Source: Oceanispirochaeta sp. (GTDB taxonomy: Bacteria; Spirochaetota; Spirochaetia; DSM-2461). Taken from it: a stretch of 64,000 nt of DNA. The notes under the pieces are model-generated. The model searched no databases. It saw only the letters and a program-made list of their open reading frames with translations, and had not been told where the DNA came from. Location: assembly GCA_963666275.2 (NCBI GenBank), contig CAXXOA010000001.1, positions 512,001 through 576,000 on the forward strand, given 5' to 3'. Both the position numbers and the translations under genes were made by a program. Of the stretch, positions 1-9,940 are shown piece after piece (the first letter of the stretch is position 1; every line of letters begins with the position of its first letter).

Positions 1-8
1 AAGCCATT

Positions 9-89
9 CGCTTTCCTCCCTCTCCCTCTGGGCTGGTCGGAAGCAGGCCGCCTACTCGCCTAGGCTGCTTAGGAGGGAGGGGGAAAGTG
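9..89. repeat. GC-rich imperfect inverted repeat (REP-like hairpin)
   Basis: CTTTCCTCCCTCTCCCT (11-27) can pair with AGGGAGGGAGGGGAAAG (71-87); intergenic. Confidence 0.45.
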
Positions 90-137
90 GACTACTTTTC
101 ATTCTGATTAGATAAAATATTCTATGTTGATCTATTC

Positions 138-162
138 AAAAAAGGATCGCCGAAGCGATCCT
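138..162 (-). terminator. Rho-independent terminator of the 185-754 gene
   Basis: On the minus strand: GGATCGC-TTCG-GCGATCC followed by TTTTTT. Confidence 0.85.
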
Positions 163-184
163 GATAATTGTCAAAAACATACTG

Positions 185-754
185 TTACTGTTGTATTACT
201 CCCAGCTCATTTGCTGTTGAAATATCTACCATCTCAATACTCTGTTTTGTAATTCCAGAACTTACTCCGGATGAACTTTCTGTTACAGTGATTGTATATT
301 CTCCATCATCATAATAACCATCATCTGAATTATCCCAAACAGCTATGAAGAAGCTACCAGAATAATCGAGGGTATTAAAAGTTAATATTTCATTCCCCTG
401 GTAACCATTTGCATTCTGAATTATATTATTTCCATTTGTATATTGCAAAATATAATCAGAAGAATTCGTTAAAGCTACAACTAGATTTAAATTTGATCCA
501 GACACCCAATTAACAGTAATTGTATATTCAGTATAACTTTCATAATCAAAATAGAAATAATCAGCATCATACCCATTGTTGAATAATATCTCTGCATCAT
601 ATGATCTGCCCAGTGAAATTTTATTAGCTTGTGAAGGAGATCCATTCGGTTCCTCTTCCTCATAGGATTTACTGCCTCCATCATCATCCATAAAAAACAC
701 GGTACAGCCGGACATCAGCAGTACTGTCAAAAGCAAAAATAATATTTTTTTCAT
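185..754 (-). CDS. Acidic lipoprotein with a PPC (pre-peptidase C-terminal)-like beta domain
   Basis: Signal peptide with lipobox LMSG-C; ExEPNxSxxxA motif, 'DADYFYF' and 'GEYTITV' strands typical of PPC-like domains; AT-rich. Confidence 0.65.
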   Translation of the reverse strand: MKKILFLLLTVLLMSGCTVFFMDDDGGSKSYEEEEPNGSPSQANKISLGRSYDAEILFNNGYDADYFYFDYESYTEYTITVNWVSGSNLNLVVALTNSSDYILQYTNGNNIIQNANGYQGNEILTFNTLDYSGSFFIAVWDNSDDGYYDDGEYTITVTESSSGVSSGITKQSIEMVDISTANELGVIQQ

Positions 755-876
755 TGTTCCAATTCTCCAATTAAGAGCGTTTCTAAAGACATTATAAAGC
801 TAGGGATTTTTTTTTACAATAATTTTACAAAAATCTTGGTTTGACAGATGAATTTCGGCCGTTTAATTTTGTATTT

Positions 877-2439
877 ATGAAGATTTACCATGGCATTATC
901 ATTACCTGCGATAAAGAGGACAGGGTTTGCTCCTATCTTGTGGAGGATCAGGGGCGTATTGTTTTTACAGGGGACCGGCTTCCCGAAATGTATACTCATC
1001 TTTCTGTGACGGAACTGCTCGACAAGGCTATGGTTCCCGCTTTTGCGGATACTCATACCCATTTTTCCTCTTTTGCCCTTTTCCATTCGGGAATTCATCT
1101 ATCTGCCTTCCGCTCCAATCGCGAGATACTGGAACACCTGGCCAGGATCCATGAGGACGCTCCGGATGAAATCCTTATAGGTTTCGGTCTCTCTCCCCAT
1201 TCGGTAGAGGAGGGACGTCTGATTTCACGGGAGGAGCTGGACCTGGCTGTGCCCCGTTATCCCGCTTTTCTTGTGAATTATGACGGACACTCCTGTGTTC
1301 TCAATTCTGTTCTGCTGAACAGGCTGCCCGATTCCCTGAAGGAGCTCAGGGGATTCAATGCAGACAGCGGCCTGATGGGGCAGGAAGCTTTTTTCCGGAT
1401 TGTGGATTATGTCACCGGTTCGGTCTCACCTGTCAGGATCATTCACAATATGTACCATGCCTATGAATACATGGCTGATCACGGCTTCGGTCTTTTCCAC
1501 TCTGTCAGCGGGGTGGGGTATCCCCGGGATCTGGATGTGGATCTGGAGCGCTGGATCGGACGGGGGATCCGGTCGGGCATACAGAGCCGTATCTTTTTCC
1601 AGACCATGGATATCCGAAAGGTCAGGAGGAGGGGGCTTCCCCGGATCGGGGGATGTTTTGCCACGGCTCTTGACGGCTGTTTCGGTTCCCGGGATGCGGC
1701 TCTCATTGATCCATACGAGAATAGCGAGAACAGGGGGATCCTTTTCTACAGTGACGAGGAGGTGCGGGATTTCTGCCTCCGGGCCAACAGGAAGGGATTG
1801 CAGATCCAGATGCATGCCATAGGAGATGCCGCGTTTGACCAGGCGGCCCTGGCTCTGGAAGAGGCCCTGAAGGACTACCCCAGAGAGGATCACCGCCACG
1901 GGATTATCCATGCGTCCCTGCCGACCGAAAGGGGAATGGATATCTGCGCTGCCAGGGGGATTCAGATCCCTGTCCAGCCGGCGTTTCTTAACTGGCCTCA
2001 GGAACCGGGATCCTATTTAAGGGAGATTCTGGGAGCCCGGGAGGAGAGGCTCAATCCTCTGAGAACGCTTTGGGACAGGGGGATCCTTCTTTCGGGAGGA
2101 TCGGATGCTCCCGTTACCTATCCCGACCCTGTTCTGGGAATCCATAATGCCTGTAACCATCCCTATCCCTCCCAGTCCCTCTCGGTCAGGGAAGCGTTGA
2201 AGCTTTTTACAATCAACGGATATAAAGCCTCTTTCGATGAGCAGATGGGAGGATCCCTGGAACCGGGCAAACGGGCGGATATGACTATCCTTTCGGCTAA
2301 TCCTCTGGCAATCCCCAGGGAGAAACTGAAAACCCTTTCCGTGGAATCCCTGCTGTTGAAAGGAAAAGAGACCCACTCCGTCAGGGAACTGCCTTTTCTG
2401 ACTATTTCCAGAGGGCTGTTCAGCAGAAAAAAGGTATGA
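877..2439 (+). CDS. Amidohydrolase family 3 (YtcJ-like) metal-dependent hydrolase
   Basis: P-x-FxDxHxH (PAFADTHTH), HAIGD, GGSDAPV and GSLEPGKRAD motifs; ATG at 877 preferred over the ORF-track TTG at 841, which is a TTGACA -35 box. Confidence 0.88.
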   Translation: MKIYHGIIITCDKEDRVCSYLVEDQGRIVFTGDRLPEMYTHLSVTELLDKAMVPAFADTHTHFSSFALFHSGIHLSAFRSNREILEHLARIHEDAPDEILIGFGLSPHSVEEGRLISREELDLAVPRYPAFLVNYDGHSCVLNSVLLNRLPDSLKELRGFNADSGLMGQEAFFRIVDYVTGSVSPVRIIHNMYHAYEYMADHGFGLFHSVSGVGYPRDLDVDLERWIGRGIRSGIQSRIFFQTMDIRKVRRRGLPRIGGCFATALDGCFGSRDAALIDPYENSENRGILFYSDEEVRDFCLRANRKGLQIQMHAIGDAAFDQAALALEEALKDYPREDHRHGIIHASLPTERGMDICAARGIQIPVQPAFLNWPQEPGSYLREILGAREERLNPLRTLWDRGILLSGGSDAPVTYPDPVLGIHNACNHPYPSQSLSVREALKLFTINGYKASFDEQMGGSLEPGKRADMTILSANPLAIPREKLKTLSVESLLLKGKETHSVRELPFLTISRGLFSRKKV

Positions 2440-2549
2440 ACCTGCTGGAAAATAAAGTTAGCTAAAACTAATTATTGATTCCCGCCGGTAATCCTATTAA
2501 GTTTGTTGTATAAGAGGAAAATTTAAGAATAGCTGCAGGAGGCTGAATT

Positions 2550-2717
2550 TTGGCTAAGGTGAAAAAAAAGATGTGCAAACTGGCAAAAGACGGTTTGAAG
2601 GAGAATGAAGAGGGAATCCTCTCGGAAGTTCTCCAGCCGAAGTATATCTGTAAGAAATGTCTGAGAGTGGCAACAAATAACAAGCTGCTCTGCGACCCGA
2701 AAAAACTGGAGAAATAG
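2550..2717 (+). CDS. Small 55-aa Cys-rich, Lys-rich protein (not in the ORF track)
   Basis: AGGAGG RBS then TTG; MAKVKKKMCKLAKDGLKENEEGILSEVLQPKYICKKCLRVATNNKLLCDPKKLEK; four Cys including CxxC. Confidence 0.75.
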   Translation: MAKVKKKMCKLAKDGLKENEEGILSEVLQPKYICKKCLRVATNNKLLCDPKKLEK

Positions 2718-2760
2718 AGGCTGAACAGGTCTGTATTGGGCTTATTTCAAGGAGGATCAA

Positions 2761-3897
2761 ATGGTTATCGGTATTCCGAAAGAAACAGGACCGGGGGAGA
2801 CAAGAGTGGCTCTGACACCCGAAGGGATAATGAAGCTGATGTCCGGAGACAGGTTTTCCTTTCTTGTTCAGAAAGGCGCCGGAGAACAATCCGGTTATCC
2901 TGATCAGGAATATGAAAAGGAAGGTGTTTCTTTTGCAGCCGCATACGAAGACATCCTGTCTCAGGCTGATATTCTGATTATGGTAAACCGCCCTTCAAAA
3001 GAGGATGTCGCCAACATGAAGGAGGGGGCGGTCCTGATCTGTCAGCTGGATCCTTTCAATGAGACCTCCCTGGTGGATGAACTGGCCCGGAGGGGTATCC
3101 TCAGTATCAGCCTGGAGATGATTCCCAGAAGTACCATTGCCCAGAAAATGGATGTTCTCAGTTCCCAGGCTTCTCTGGCGGGGTATATGGCGGTTGTCCG
3201 CTCTGCGGCAGAGCTGGGAAAGGCATTTCCCATGATGATGACTCCTGCCGGGACAATCTCACCCTCCCGGGTTTTTGTCATAGGTGCAGGAGTGGCCGGG
3301 CTCCAGGCTATTGCTACAGCAAAAAGGATGGGGGCTAATGTTTCCGCCTTCGATACCCGCCCTGTGGTGGAAGAGCAGGTTCAGTCCCTGGGAGCCCGGT
3401 TTGTAAAACTGGACCTGGGAGAGACGGGGCAGACCAAAGACGGTTATGCCAGAGAGCTGACTCCCGAACAGCTGGAAAAGCAGAGGGAACTGATGGGGAA
3501 AGTCTGCAGTCAGTCGGATATTGTGATTACCACGGCCCGTGTCTTCGGCAGGAAAGCTCCTGTCATCATTACATCCGATATGGTTGGGAAGATGAAAAAA
3601 GGCAGTCTGATCATTGATATGGCAGTGGATTCAGGCGGAAATGTGGAAGGTTCCGATCCCTCAGGGATACGGGAGATCGACGGCGTCAGAATCCTGGGAT
3701 ACAGCAAACCCGAAAGGGATGTTCCCTATCATGCCAGCCAGATGTATTCGGGCAATGTCCGGGCTTTTCTTGAAACTTTTATAAACAGTGAAACAGGCGC
3801 ACTGGATCTGGAACAGGACCACGAGATCCTGAAGGGCTGCACCATTACCCGGGGCGGCAGGATCGTTCACGAACGCTTTATCAAGGAGGCAGAGTGA
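2761..3897 (+). CDS. pntAA: NAD(P) transhydrogenase subunit alpha part 1 (domain I)
   Basis: IGIPKE...ETRVALTP, AQKMDVLSSQ, GAGVAGLQAIATAKRMGA, DMAVDSGGNVE; AGGAGG RBS. Confidence 0.95.
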   Translation: MVIGIPKETGPGETRVALTPEGIMKLMSGDRFSFLVQKGAGEQSGYPDQEYEKEGVSFAAAYEDILSQADILIMVNRPSKEDVANMKEGAVLICQLDPFNETSLVDELARRGILSISLEMIPRSTIAQKMDVLSSQASLAGYMAVVRSAAELGKAFPMMMTPAGTISPSRVFVIGAGVAGLQAIATAKRMGANVSAFDTRPVVEEQVQSLGARFVKLDLGETGQTKDGYARELTPEQLEKQRELMGKVCSQSDIVITTARVFGRKAPVIITSDMVGKMKKGSLIIDMAVDSGGNVEGSDPSGIREIDGVRILGYSKPERDVPYHASQMYSGNVRAFLETFINSETGALDLEQDHEILKGCTITRGGRIVHERFIKEAE

Positions 3898-4187
3898 TGG
3901 AAGCAGTCTATCTGTTATTTATTCTTATACTGGCGATCTTTCTGGGACTGGAACTGATCCGGAAGGTTCCCGCCACTCTCCATACTCCCCTGATGTCGGG
4001 AAGCAATGCTATTTCAGGGATCACCCTTGTGGGCGCCCTGATTTCCGCAGGCTCGGCAGACTCCTGGGTCACCATTGTCCTGGGAACCTGTGCGGTCGCC
4101 TTTGCCACCATCAATGTTGTCGGAGGGTATCTGGTTACGGACCGGATGCTGGGCATGTTCAAAAAGAAAAAGGATGAAACCCCATGA
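3894..4187 (+). CDS. pntAB: NAD(P) transhydrogenase subunit alpha part 2 (membrane)
   Basis: VPATLHTPLMSGSNAISGI and INVVGGYLVTDRMLGMF signatures; overlaps both neighbours. Confidence 0.95.
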   Translation: MMEAVYLLFILILAIFLGLELIRKVPATLHTPLMSGSNAISGITLVGALISAGSADSWVTIVLGTCAVAFATINVVGGYLVTDRMLGMFKKKKDETP

Positions 4188-5569
4188 CAATGATTATCAA
4201 TATGTTCTATATCCTTTCGTCGGTTCTATTTATTCTGGGACTGAAGCTTTTAAGTTCTCCCGCTACAGCCCGGAAAGGTAACTTCCTTTCCGCTCTGGGT
4301 ATGCTGATTGCCGTGGTGGTAACCCTCTTCAGCCGGGAGATCCTCTCCTTCCAGTGGATCCTTATAGGGATTGCCGCTGGAACGCTGATCGGTCTGCTGG
4401 CCGCCAGGCTGGTCGCCATGACAGCAATGCCCCAGATGGTTGCCCTGTTCAACGGTTTCGGCGGAATAGCCAGTCTTCTGGTCGCCTGGGGTGTATTCAT
4501 GAGCAATCCCCGGACCGATAACTTTACACTTCTGACCCTGTTCCTTTCGGTCCTTATCGGAGGCGTTACCTTTACGGGCAGTATGGTTGCCTGGGGAAAA
4601 CTGGACGGCAAACTACCCACCCGGCCGATCCTCTACAGGGGGCAGCAGTTTGTAAACTCCCTTGTCCTGGCTGTTCTGGCCGCTCTGGCCGTGTTCTTTC
4701 TACTCCCCGGAATTCTCCCCGTTACATCGGGTCAGATTATCCTGGGAGCCGTGGGATTTTCTCTTCTCCTGGGGATTCTGGTTGTCATCCCCATCGGCGG
4801 AGCGGATATGCCTGTGGTTATCTCTCTTCTGAACTCCTACTCCGGCCTGGCCGCCTGTGCGGCGGGATTTGCGATCCGGAACAACCTCCTGATTGTATCG
4901 GGAGCTCTTGTGGGGGCCAGCGGTATCATTCTGACAAATATCATGTGCAAGGCTATGAACCGGTCTCTGGCGAATGTGCTCTTCAGCGGATTCGGTTCCG
5001 CCGGAGGTTCCGAGACCGCAGCGGAAGGTGAGGAGGGCGAGATCCGTCCCATCAATATCGATGATGCCTATCTGATCCTGGAAGCGGCTTCCAATGTGGT
5101 GATCATTCCCGGATACGGTATGGCTGTGGCTCAGGCCCAGCATGCTGTCAAGGAGCTGACAGATCTTCTGGAGGCCAATGGTACGGAGGTCAATTTTGCC
5201 ATCCACCCCGTAGCCGGCAGGATGCCGGGGCATATGAATGTGCTTCTGGCCGAGGCGAATGTTCCCTATGACAAGCTCCGGGAAATGGATGATATCAATC
5301 CCCAGATGGACAATGCCGATGTGGCCATTGTGATCGGTGCCAATGATGTTGTGAATCCAGCCGCCCGGGAGGTGGAGAGCAGCCCGATTTACGGTATGCC
5401 CATTATCAATGCCGACAGAGCCAGGACAGTCTTTGTTCTGAAACGGTCGATGCGGACCGGGTTTGCCGGTATAGCCAATCCTCTGTTTTACAAAGAGAAC
5501 ACCCGGATGCTCTTCGGCGATGCCAAATCCTCCATTCAGGGCATTGTTGCGGAGTTCAAAAGCGACTGA
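4184..5569 (+). CDS. pntB: NAD(P) transhydrogenase subunit beta
   Basis: IGGADMPVVISLLNSYSG, PGYGMAVAQAQH, IHPVAGRMPGHMNVLLAEA, GANDVVNPAA. Confidence 0.97.
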   Translation: MTMIINMFYILSSVLFILGLKLLSSPATARKGNFLSALGMLIAVVVTLFSREILSFQWILIGIAAGTLIGLLAARLVAMTAMPQMVALFNGFGGIASLLVAWGVFMSNPRTDNFTLLTLFLSVLIGGVTFTGSMVAWGKLDGKLPTRPILYRGQQFVNSLVLAVLAALAVFFLLPGILPVTSGQIILGAVGFSLLLGILVVIPIGGADMPVVISLLNSYSGLAACAAGFAIRNNLLIVSGALVGASGIILTNIMCKAMNRSLANVLFSGFGSAGGSETAAEGEEGEIRPINIDDAYLILEAASNVVIIPGYGMAVAQAQHAVKELTDLLEANGTEVNFAIHPVAGRMPGHMNVLLAEANVPYDKLREMDDINPQMDNADVAIVIGANDVVNPAAREVESSPIYGMPIINADRARTVFVLKRSMRTGFAGIANPLFYKENTRMLFGDAKSSIQGIVAEFKSD

Positions 5570-5599
5570 TACTATACTGTTTTACAATAGGAGATTGGA

Positions 5600-6769
5600 A
5601 TGGATAATTTTATTTTTCAGAATCCCACAAGGATCATTTTCGGGAAGGACAGTGAAAACCGGACAGGTGAAGCGGTCCTGCCTTTCAGTAAAAATATACT
5701 GCTCCACTACGGAGGAGGGTCAATAAAGAAAACAGGTCTCTACGACAGGATTACAGCGTCCCTGGACGCGGCGGGAATCGGGTATACCGAACTGCCGGGT
5801 GTAAAGCCTAATCCCCGGCTTTCTCTTGTGCAGGAAGGGATCAGAATCTGCCGGGAGAAGGATATCGATTTTGTCCTGGCCGTCGGCGGCGGGAGTGTGA
5901 TCGATTCGGCAAAAGCCATTGCCATCGGCGTTCCCTATGAGGGGGATGTCTGGGACTTCTATTCAGGCAAAGGAGTACCTGCAAAGGCCATCTCTGTGGG
6001 AACTGTTCTTACCATACCCGCAGCGGGAAGCGAGTCCAGTGACGGATCGGTCATTACAAAAGAGGAGGGCGAGCTGAAGAGGCCCTGCGGTTCGGATCTT
6101 ATGTATCCCAGAGTTTCCATTCTGAATCCCGAACTGGCCATGACACTGCCTCCCCATCAGATTGCCAACGGCATCACTGATATTATGGCCCATCTTATGG
6201 AACGGTATTTTACAAACTCACCCAATGTGGAACTGACAGACAGGATGATCGAAAGCGTTCTGAAAACAGTTATCCATAACGGCCCTCTGGTTCTGAAGAA
6301 CCCCAAAGATTACGATGCCTGGGCGGAGATCATGTGGGCCGGGACAATCGCCCATAATAATCTTCTCAACACAGGACGGATGGGAGACTGGGGATCCCAT
6401 GATATCGAACATGAACTGAGCGGGATCTACGATGTGGCCCATGGCGCCGGTCTTGCCGTGGTTTTCCCTGCCTGGATGAAGTATGTGTATACCCATGATA
6501 TCACCCGTTTTGTTCAGTTTGCCGTGAGGGTCTGGAATGTGGAAAGCGATTACAGGGATCCTGAATCCACCGCTCAGGCGGGGATCGCCGCTCTTGAGAA
6601 CTTCTTTCAGTCCATCGGTCAGGCTGTCCGGCTCAGAGGATTATCCATAGACAGCAGCCGCCTGAGCGAAATGGCACGGAAAGCGACCGATTCGGATGCC
6701 AGGCATCTGGGGCAGTTTGTTCCTCTCTGGGAGGACGATGTCTTTGAAATTCTGAAGCTGGCGCTGTAA
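5600..6769 (+). CDS. Iron-containing alcohol dehydrogenase (butanol dehydrogenase BdhA/YugJ-like)
   Basis: MDNFxFQNPTRIIFG, GGGSVIDSAK, H-x-IEHELS and HGAGLA metal ligands. Confidence 0.92.
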   Translation: MDNFIFQNPTRIIFGKDSENRTGEAVLPFSKNILLHYGGGSIKKTGLYDRITASLDAAGIGYTELPGVKPNPRLSLVQEGIRICREKDIDFVLAVGGGSVIDSAKAIAIGVPYEGDVWDFYSGKGVPAKAISVGTVLTIPAAGSESSDGSVITKEEGELKRPCGSDLMYPRVSILNPELAMTLPPHQIANGITDIMAHLMERYFTNSPNVELTDRMIESVLKTVIHNGPLVLKNPKDYDAWAEIMWAGTIAHNNLLNTGRMGDWGSHDIEHELSGIYDVAHGAGLAVVFPAWMKYVYTHDITRFVQFAVRVWNVESDYRDPESTAQAGIAALENFFQSIGQAVRLRGLSIDSSRLSEMARKATDSDARHLGQFVPLWEDDVFEILKLAL

Positions 6770-6779
6770 AGGGGCGTCC

Positions 6780-7787
6780 CTATTCCAGAATAATAAACTC
6801 AACCCGTCTGTTCAGAGCTCTTCCCGACTCATCAGAGTTCTGAGCAACAGGTTTTGTTCCTCCGTATCCTTTTACAGAGAGGCGTTTCTCATCTATTCCC
6901 TTATCTATCAGATAGCTTTTCACAGCTTCGGCTCTCAACAGGGACAGTCTGTACTGGGCCCCTGAGGTCCCCACATCCGCCGTGTGGCCTACAATTTCAA
7001 GATTGTACTTTGTTCTGTTTATCTGTTCATAAAGGCGCATCATCTCCGCCTCCGATTCGGGAAGAATCGTATCTGTATTCGCCTCAAAATGAATGGCCCT
7101 GGTGACAAGAAAAACTTTTTCGCTATGGATGGCATTGAGGATCTCCTGAAATCTTCTGAACTTTTCGGGAGATATCTCCTGAGGCTGAGAGGGGGGAGTC
7201 TCGGCTTTCACAACTGTTTTTTTCTGAAATGCCAGAAGGAGGCTGCTTCCCGGAATGGCCGGATTCCTGACTTCGGTAATCCCGGAAAGTGCATAGACAA
7301 CAGTCTGCCCCTGATCCGCTTCAAAAACCAGGTCCGTACCCCGTATTCCCGCAGTCATATCCTGGGTTGCGATTTCCAGATACTGGGACGAAAAGAGCTT
7401 ATGGAAGCGTCCGAACAGCCGCCCCTTTTCTACATGGACCAACAGGTTCTGCAGAGTGGATTTGTCAAGAATGACTCTGGTATTGCGGTCCAGCCGCATC
7501 AGGGTATCTGCTGTGATCCTCAGATCCATTTCGCCGTCCAGACCTGTTTTCAGTCCTGATCCGGCTGGAATCTTCTGCCCCACCTGGGGAATCTCCCATT
7601 CCCCGGCCCCGACTTCCCTGTAGTAGCACTCCCCGCTGATATATGTTAAGTATGGAGTTTCGTGAATCAGAACCGGAGTCCGGATCATAAGCAGTTCTTT
7701 GGAGCTGAACACAATTACAGCAATAATTATGGCTGTCATCACAGATAATCCTGTTATTATCAGTACTCCTGTTTTACGATTAACCAT
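6780..7787 (-). CDS. Membrane-anchored FecR-domain / OmpA-like peptidoglycan-binding protein
   Basis: N-terminal TM helix; FecR-like core (TAGIRGT); C-terminal GHTAD...LSLLRAEAV...GYGGTKP...NRRVE OmpA_C motif. Confidence 0.85.
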   Translation of the reverse strand: MVNRKTGVLIITGLSVMTAIIIAVIVFSSKELLMIRTPVLIHETPYLTYISGECYYREVGAGEWEIPQVGQKIPAGSGLKTGLDGEMDLRITADTLMRLDRNTRVILDKSTLQNLLVHVEKGRLFGRFHKLFSSQYLEIATQDMTAGIRGTDLVFEADQGQTVVYALSGITEVRNPAIPGSSLLLAFQKKTVVKAETPPSQPQEISPEKFRRFQEILNAIHSEKVFLVTRAIHFEANTDTILPESEAEMMRLYEQINRTKYNLEIVGHTADVGTSGAQYRLSLLRAEAVKSYLIDKGIDEKRLSVKGYGGTKPVAQNSDESGRALNRRVEFIILE

Positions 7788-7865
7788 AGGGACTCCTGTT
7801 TTTTACGGGAAAATCTGGGTTTTTGAAACCTGTTTACAATATAGACCAACCTAAGGAGAAAAACT

Positions 7866-9752
7866 ATGACTATACCATCACTATTTCAGGACATAGCAGA
7901 TCAGAACGGTGATGTCATAAGCCAGCTGTCCAGAGAGGGAGCGAAAAAAAAGTTCCACCCTGTGACCTATGGCGAGCTCTATACAATCGTGGAGGCTCTT
8001 GCCTGGAGTCTGGATAAACATGGTGTTGCAAGAGGTCTCCATGTGGGGCTGATCAGTGATAACAGGAAAGAGTGGCTGGCTCTGGATCTGGCGATCCTTT
8101 CGCTGGGAGCGGCGGATGTTCCCAGAGGCTGCGATACCATGGCAGGAGAGCTGGAGTATATTCTCAGTTTTTCAGAATGCCCCATTACCATCCTGGAAAA
8201 CACAAAACAGCTGGAAAAGATTCTGACCTGTGCGGATAATCTTAAAGATCTGAAAAAAGTCATTCTTATTGACGGCGGTCAGGTTCCGGCGGACTGCCCC
8301 TGGGAGGTTCTGGAGTATCAGGCTCTCCTGGAAGAGGGGATGAAAGGAAAAACAGAGGATTTTCTGAGAACCCGTATTGCCGAAGGAAAAGAGGACGACC
8401 TGGCAACCCTGATATACACATCCGGAACCACGGGCGAGCCGAAAGGGGTTATGCTCAGCCATGGGAATTTCCTCTGTCAGATTGAAAATATCCATGATGT
8501 GGCCCGTCTGGACCATGGGGACATCTGGCTCAGCATCCTGCCTGTATGGCACTCTCTGGAGAGGGTGGCCCAGTACATTGCCATGGGTGCGGTCAATACT
8601 ATCGCCTATTCCAAGCCCATAGGAAAGGTCATGCTCATGGATCTGCAGGAGCTGAATCCCCAGTGGATGGCCTCGGTTCCCAGGATCTGGCTGGCCATCG
8701 AAGCGGGTGTTATCAGAAATATCAGGGCCAAAGGACCGGTCGCCTGGGGGCTGTTCCGTTTTTTCCTGGCAGTGGCTAAGGCCCGGCAGGCCATGCAGAA
8801 CAGACTCACAGGCTGTGTGGCAGACTTTCACAGGAAAATTACCTTTCCCTTTTATATTCTGTACCCCATACCCTGGCTTGTCCTTACGCCTCTGAAAAAA
8901 CTGGGGGATCTGCTGATTTTCAATAAAATTCAGGAAAAAGTGGGAACCCGGTTCAAAGCGGGGATCTCCGGCGGCGGGGCTCTGCCTCCAAGAATTTACA
9001 AGTTCTTCCAGGCCATCGGTATACAGATCCTGGAGGGCTACGGTTTAACCGAAACCGCTCCGGTCGTGGCGTTCAGTCCCCAGCACCATCCTGTCATGGG
9101 TGTTGTGGGGCGCCCCTATCCCCAGCTGACCCAGATCAAAGTTGTGGATGAAACAGGTAAAACCCTGCCTCCCGGTGAGAAGGGTGTGGTAATGCTCAAA
9201 GGCCGTCAGGTCATGAAAGGGTACTACAAAAAGCCCGAGGCCACGGCACAAATGATTGATTCCGATGGGTGGCTCAACTCGGGAGATCTGGGAATCATGA
9301 CTGTAAAAGGGGAACTGAAAATCATTGGCCGCCAGAAGGATACCATAGTTCTCCTGGGGGGTGAGAATATCGAGCCTGTTCCCATGGAACAGAAGCTCTC
9401 TGAGTCTCCCTACATCGAACAGGCCGTTGTGGTCGGGCAGGATCAGAAATATCTGGCTGCCCTGATTGTTCCGGACTTTGACGCCCTGGAAGCCTATGCT
9501 CAGGAAAATAATCTGGCCTATGAGAACAGGATCCATCTGAAGGATGTTCATGCCATTCTGGAGCTTCTGACGGATGAAATCAATCAGCTCATAAGCAGCA
9601 GAAACGGCTTCCGTCCCTTTGAGAGGATATTCAAGTTTGAAGTGCTCAGACACTCATTTGAAGTAGGGAAGGAACTGTCGGGCAAGCAGGATCTGAAACG
9701 TCATGCCATTGCGGAAATCTACAAAAAAGAGATTGCCGGGCTGTTTGACTAA
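7866..9752 (+). CDS. Long-chain fatty-acid--CoA ligase (AMP-binding)
   Basis: IYTSGTTGEPKGVMLSHGN, EGYGLTET, GWLNSGDLG, GRQKDTIVLLGGENIEP. Confidence 0.93.
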   Translation: MTIPSLFQDIADQNGDVISQLSREGAKKKFHPVTYGELYTIVEALAWSLDKHGVARGLHVGLISDNRKEWLALDLAILSLGAADVPRGCDTMAGELEYILSFSECPITILENTKQLEKILTCADNLKDLKKVILIDGGQVPADCPWEVLEYQALLEEGMKGKTEDFLRTRIAEGKEDDLATLIYTSGTTGEPKGVMLSHGNFLCQIENIHDVARLDHGDIWLSILPVWHSLERVAQYIAMGAVNTIAYSKPIGKVMLMDLQELNPQWMASVPRIWLAIEAGVIRNIRAKGPVAWGLFRFFLAVAKARQAMQNRLTGCVADFHRKITFPFYILYPIPWLVLTPLKKLGDLLIFNKIQEKVGTRFKAGISGGGALPPRIYKFFQAIGIQILEGYGLTETAPVVAFSPQHHPVMGVVGRPYPQLTQIKVVDETGKTLPPGEKGVVMLKGRQVMKGYYKKPEATAQMIDSDGWLNSGDLGIMTVKGELKIIGRQKDTIVLLGGENIEPVPMEQKLSESPYIEQAVVVGQDQKYLAALIVPDFDALEAYAQENNLAYENRIHLKDVHAILELLTDEINQLISSRNGFRPFERIFKFEVLRHSFEVGKELSGKQDLKRHAIAEIYKKEIAGLFD

Positions 9753-9757
9753 GGAGA

Positions 9758-9812
9758 GCCCTCACATCTGTCCTCTCGCCTTTAGGGATAGAGTACTAAA
9801 GGGTGAGGGGCT
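9758..9812. repeat. REP-like hairpin between convergent genes
   Basis: GCCCTCAC and CCTCTCGCCTTTAG can pair with CTAAAGGGTGAGGGGC. Confidence 0.45.
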
Positions 9813-9821
9813 GAAAGACAT

Positions 9822-9857
9822 AAAAAAAGCTCCGGTCCGGAGTGAAGGGACCAGAGC
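9822..9857 (-). terminator. Rho-independent terminator of the tolC-like gene
   Basis: Minus strand GCTCTGGTCC-loop-GGACCGGAGC followed by T7. Confidence 0.7.
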
Positions 9858-9940
9858 AGATCTTTATTTAAAATGATGAAAATAGCCGGTTGGGTTGTTG
9901 TTGGGTTGTATAGCAATAAAACCCCAACAACCCAACTGTC

